From: an uncultured Myxococcales bacterium
GTDB taxonomy: Bacteria; Myxococcota_A; UBA9042; CAZBRS01
Length of the DNA: 64,000 bases
Assembly: GCA_964494475.1 (NCBI GenBank)
Contig: CAZBRS010000001.1
Coordinates: 94,029 to 158,028, forward strand
Direction: 5' to 3'
This document shows, one piece after another, positions 61,543 through 64,000 of this stretch (its first letter is position 1; the number at the start of each line of letters is the position of its first letter). The notes under the pieces were generated by a model. The model ran no database searches, was not told the origin of the DNA, and was given only the letters and a program-made list of their open reading frames with translations. The translations under genes and the position numbers were made by a program.

Positions 61543-63397
61543 CCGGCGTTCGGGGCACGATCGCCGTGATCCGGGTGCCACCGTCCGGCACCCCGACCAC
61601 GTCGAGGCGGCCGCCCCGCGCCAGCGCTCGCTCGCGCATGCCGAGCACCCCCAGGGACGTGTCGGCCTCGGCCTCGAGTTCGGTGATGCCCCGCCCGTCG
61701 TCCTCCACCTCGAGCCGCACCGCGTCGGCATCGGTCGAGAGGGTCACCTTGACCGTGCCGGCGAACGAGTGCCGCGCCACGTTGGTCAGCGACTCCTGCG
61801 CGATGCGGTAGAGCGCGGTCGTGAGATCGAGGTCGAGCTCGGGAGCCTCGAGCGACGTGTGCAGCGAGGCTTCGATGCCCGTCTCGCGCTCGAACTCGCG
61901 CAGCTTGGCCTCGAGCGCCTCGGGCAACCCCAGCAGATCGAGCTGGCTGGGCCGCAGCTCGGCGCAGATGCGGCGGATGGTGTCGACCGTCGAGGCGGCG
62001 AGCCCCTTCAGCTTGGTCGCGGTCTCGAAGAGGCCGGGGTCGAGGGGCGCCGCGCGGCGAGCCACCCGATCGAGGCCGATGGTCATCGCGGTCGCGACCT
62101 GGCCGAGCTCGTCGTGCAGCTCCTGGGCAATGCGGCGGCGCTCCTCCTCGAGCTTGCGGTGCTGCGCGTCGTGCAGGCGCCGCAGCTCTTCGCTGGTGTG
62201 CCTGAGGGCCTCGACCGTCTGCATCTCCGCGGTGCGATCGCGCAGCACCAGCACGATCTCGTCGCCGGGGATGCGGTAGAGATCGGGCTCGATCCACGTC
62301 TCGACCACGCCGTCGGCCGAGCGGGTGACGATGCCGGTCGAACGCGTGAACTCCTCGTTCCAGGCGGCGGTCAGCGCGGACCGCAGCTCGGACGCGGTGC
62401 CGTCGTGCTCGAAGAGTTGGGAGCAGCGACGGCCCTCGAGGTCGGCGAGGTCGCGCCCCAGGAAGGCCGCCGCGGAGGGGTTGGCACGCCGCACCACGAA
62501 CGCTCCATCCGCCTCGGGGGCCAGCACGAACGCCGGGCGGTACATTCGCTCGAAGACCGCAGCGAAGCGCGCGTGGCCCTCGAGGGCGTCGCGGAAGAGC
62601 ACCTGGAACGGCCGCAGCGAGCCGCGGAGCAGGATGGCCCGGTAGGCGACGTAGAACGCGATCACCTTCAGCAGGTGTCCCACGACCGGGCCCAGACCGT
62701 AGGGAGTGCGGTAGAACGAGAGCGCGACCTCGGACGCGATGGTCAGCGCGATGGACCAGGACATGAGGCGGATCGTGTCCGCCTCGAGGTGCCGGCGCGC
62801 CCGCCAGGTGAACCACCACGCGGCCCCGAGGCCGGCGGCGAGCGAGAGCTCGGCCATGGACTTGAAGGGGGTGGTCCCGTCCGTACCGGCGTACGCGAGC
62901 GGCAGGGCTTCGTAGCGCACGATGGCGAGGAAGAGGGCCGACGACAGCGCTCCGAAGGCGAGCCACACGATCAGGAATCGCGGCCTCCGGGCTACGAGCA
63001 GGGGCGCCGCCAGCAGGGCGACCGTCTGCACGACCCGGGCGATCAGCCAGAACTGAATGGCGTGGTTCAACGACAGGCCCCGGAACACGGACATGCCGGG
63101 GAACGAGAGCGTGTGCACCAGGTCGAGCAGGGCCATCCAGCCGTAGCCGATGCCCAGCACCGAGCCGTAGGCGTCGTTCACGATGCCGCGTGCGTTCCAG
63201 GCGTAGACGACGATGGCGACAGCCACGCCCACGCAGAAGAGCTCGACCACCGCGTGGAAGAACTCGAAGTTCCGGGCCGACAGCGCGAACAGGCCCACCA
63301 GAAGAGAGACGCGGAGCAGGCTGCCCCGCCAGGAGCGTCCCAGCGGAGGAACGTCCACCGGCGCCGGGGCGAGCGGAGGTTCCGGTCCCCTGGTCAT
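61526..63397 (-). CDS. Sensor histidine kinase (MASE3-like 7TM sensor, PAS, HisKA_3, HATPase_c; NarX/UhpB-type)
   Basis: N-terminal membrane domain with FFHAVVELFCVGVAVAIVVYAWN (MASE3-like His-Glu motif). PAS-like region. H-box ELHDELGQ. ATPase motifs (LTNVARHS, DDGRG, GVLGMRERA). Start overlaps the upstream stop (ATGA). Confidence 0.8.
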   Translation of the reverse strand: MTRGPEPPLAPAPVDVPPLGRSWRGSLLRVSLLVGLFALSARNFEFFHAVVELFCVGVAVAIVVYAWNARGIVNDAYGSVLGIGYGWMALLDLVHTLSFPGMSVFRGLSLNHAIQFWLIARVVQTVALLAAPLLVARRPRFLIVWLAFGALSSALFLAIVRYEALPLAYAGTDGTTPFKSMAELSLAAGLGAAWWFTWRARRHLEADTIRLMSWSIALTIASEVALSFYRTPYGLGPVVGHLLKVIAFYVAYRAILLRGSLRPFQVLFRDALEGHARFAAVFERMYRPAFVLAPEADGAFVVRRANPSAAAFLGRDLADLEGRRCSQLFEHDGTASELRSALTAAWNEEFTRSTGIVTRSADGVVETWIEPDLYRIPGDEIVLVLRDRTAEMQTVEALRHTSEELRRLHDAQHRKLEEERRRIAQELHDELGQVATAMTIGLDRVARRAAPLDPGLFETATKLKGLAASTVDTIRRICAELRPSQLDLLGLPEALEAKLREFERETGIEASLHTSLEAPELDLDLTTALYRIAQESLTNVARHSFAGTVKVTLSTDADAVRLEVEDDGRGITELEAEADTSLGVLGMRERALARGGRLDVVGVPDGGTRITAIVPRTPVNASP

Positions 63398-64000
63398 GCG
63401 GGCCGTACGGGGGGCCGGGCGACGCCGGCGCCCGAGTTCACCGCGCGGGCCATGTCGCCCAGGCGCTTGGTGAGCTCGTACTGGGCCATGGTGTTGGCCA
63501 GCGTGTCGATGAACGCGGCGGCGCCCCGGAAGCCGAGGAAGGGCCGGTCGTAGAGGTGGTGCGTGTGGAACGACGGGTAGCCGAACTCGTACACGGCCGC
63601 GTCGAGGAACGACAGGCCCAGGTTGTTCGAGACCAGCAGGTCGAGGCCGCGCAGGCCGCCGTGCTCGACCACGAAGCGGCGCAGGGTCGACATGCGCGGG
63701 AACTGGAGCAGGGGCACCCCGGCCGGCACGACGTCGCGCACGCGATACTCGGCGCGGGCGTGGTCGGGGCAGGCCACGAAGGCGGGCGTGGCGCCGAGCA
63801 GGGCCGTGGTGGAGAGGAAGCCCGGCAGCAGGTGCGGATCGCCCACGTAGCCGAAGCGACGTCCCTGGAACCGGAAGGGCACGACCCACTCGAAGCGCGG
63901 CACGATCTCGGCCAACTCGCGTTCGATCAGCGCCTCGGCGGCGTCCGTCGCGCCGACCGCCCGGGCCACCTGCCGGAGCCAGGCTTCGGTCGCCCCGAGG
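63394..64000 (-). CDS. Partial CDS (C-terminal about 200 aa; N-terminus beyond window end): nitrogenase component 1-type oxidoreductase family protein
   Basis: C-terminal motif GYPSFHTHHLYDRPFLGFRGAAAFIDTLANTM resembles the conserved G(F/Y)PxFDRHHLxRxPxLG(Y/F)xGAxxL segment of NifDK/NifEN/BchNB-type proteins. Stop overlaps the HK start. Confidence 0.5.
   Translation of the reverse strand, partial: LGATEAWLRQVARAVGATDAAEALIERELAEIVPRFEWVVPFRFQGRRFGYVGDPHLLPGFLSTTALLGATPAFVACPDHARAEYRVRDVVPAGVPLLQFPRMSTLRRFVVEHGGLRGLDLLVSNNLGLSFLDAAVYEFGYPSFHTHHLYDRPFLGFRGAAAFIDTLANTMAQYELTKRLGDMARAVNSGAGVARPPVRPA

Noticed and set aside
60048-62966. Downstream 970 aa of the 1203-aa minus ORF
   Set aside because: Only the first 230 aa (pentapeptide repeats) are protein-like. 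The rest is antisense to the cNMP-binding gene and HK region.

Overview
The window is about 70% GC and densely coding on both strands. MYXO-CTERM tails, an AgmX/PglI-like gene, MopE-type Cys repeats and thrombospondin type 3 repeats point to a Myxococcota-type genome. Most of the very long ORFs in the six-frame track are antisense or read-through artefacts of high-GC DNA. I split these into about 55 plausible genes on protein-likeness, signal peptides, recognisable motifs, RBS context and the very frequent 4-bp ATGA/TGATG start-stop overlaps that mark operons.

Recognisable content includes:
- a secreted LTD + MopE-repeat protein and a 1444-aa modular protein with MopE, TSP3 and Gly-rich modules;
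- a PolX-like PHP protein with a degenerate polymerase domain;
- a large protein carrying an ECF-sigma region-2-like motif, and an AgmX-like gene;
- a roughly 3-kb lower-GC islet with two type II toxin-antitoxin pairs (DinJ-YafQ and an RHH antitoxin with MazF) flanking a foreign-composition vWA lipoprotein and a gene remnant;
- an MCE/PqiC-like operon, a FadL-like gene with a TSP3 lipoprotein, and a TPR-MoxR-DUF58-TgpA-FHA operon;
- an OmpA-TSP3 gene, surE-apt, an S45 acylase lipoprotein and an IPTL-CTERM protein;
- tRNA-Glu and tRNA-Lys;
- an agmatine-deiminase/PAD-family enzyme fused to new Cys-rich tandem repeats and a MYXO-CTERM;
- gctAB-like CoA-transferase genes with HEAT-repeat and HAD genes;
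- a DtxR/MntR regulator divergent from a Cys-rich lipoprotein, uvrC, and a vWA-DUF4159-PPC-lipoprotein-SDR-pentapeptide gene run;
- a double cNMP-binding protein, and a MASE3 histidine kinase translationally coupled to a partial nitrogenase-like oxidoreductase.

I saw no CRISPR array, rRNA or recognisable transposase.
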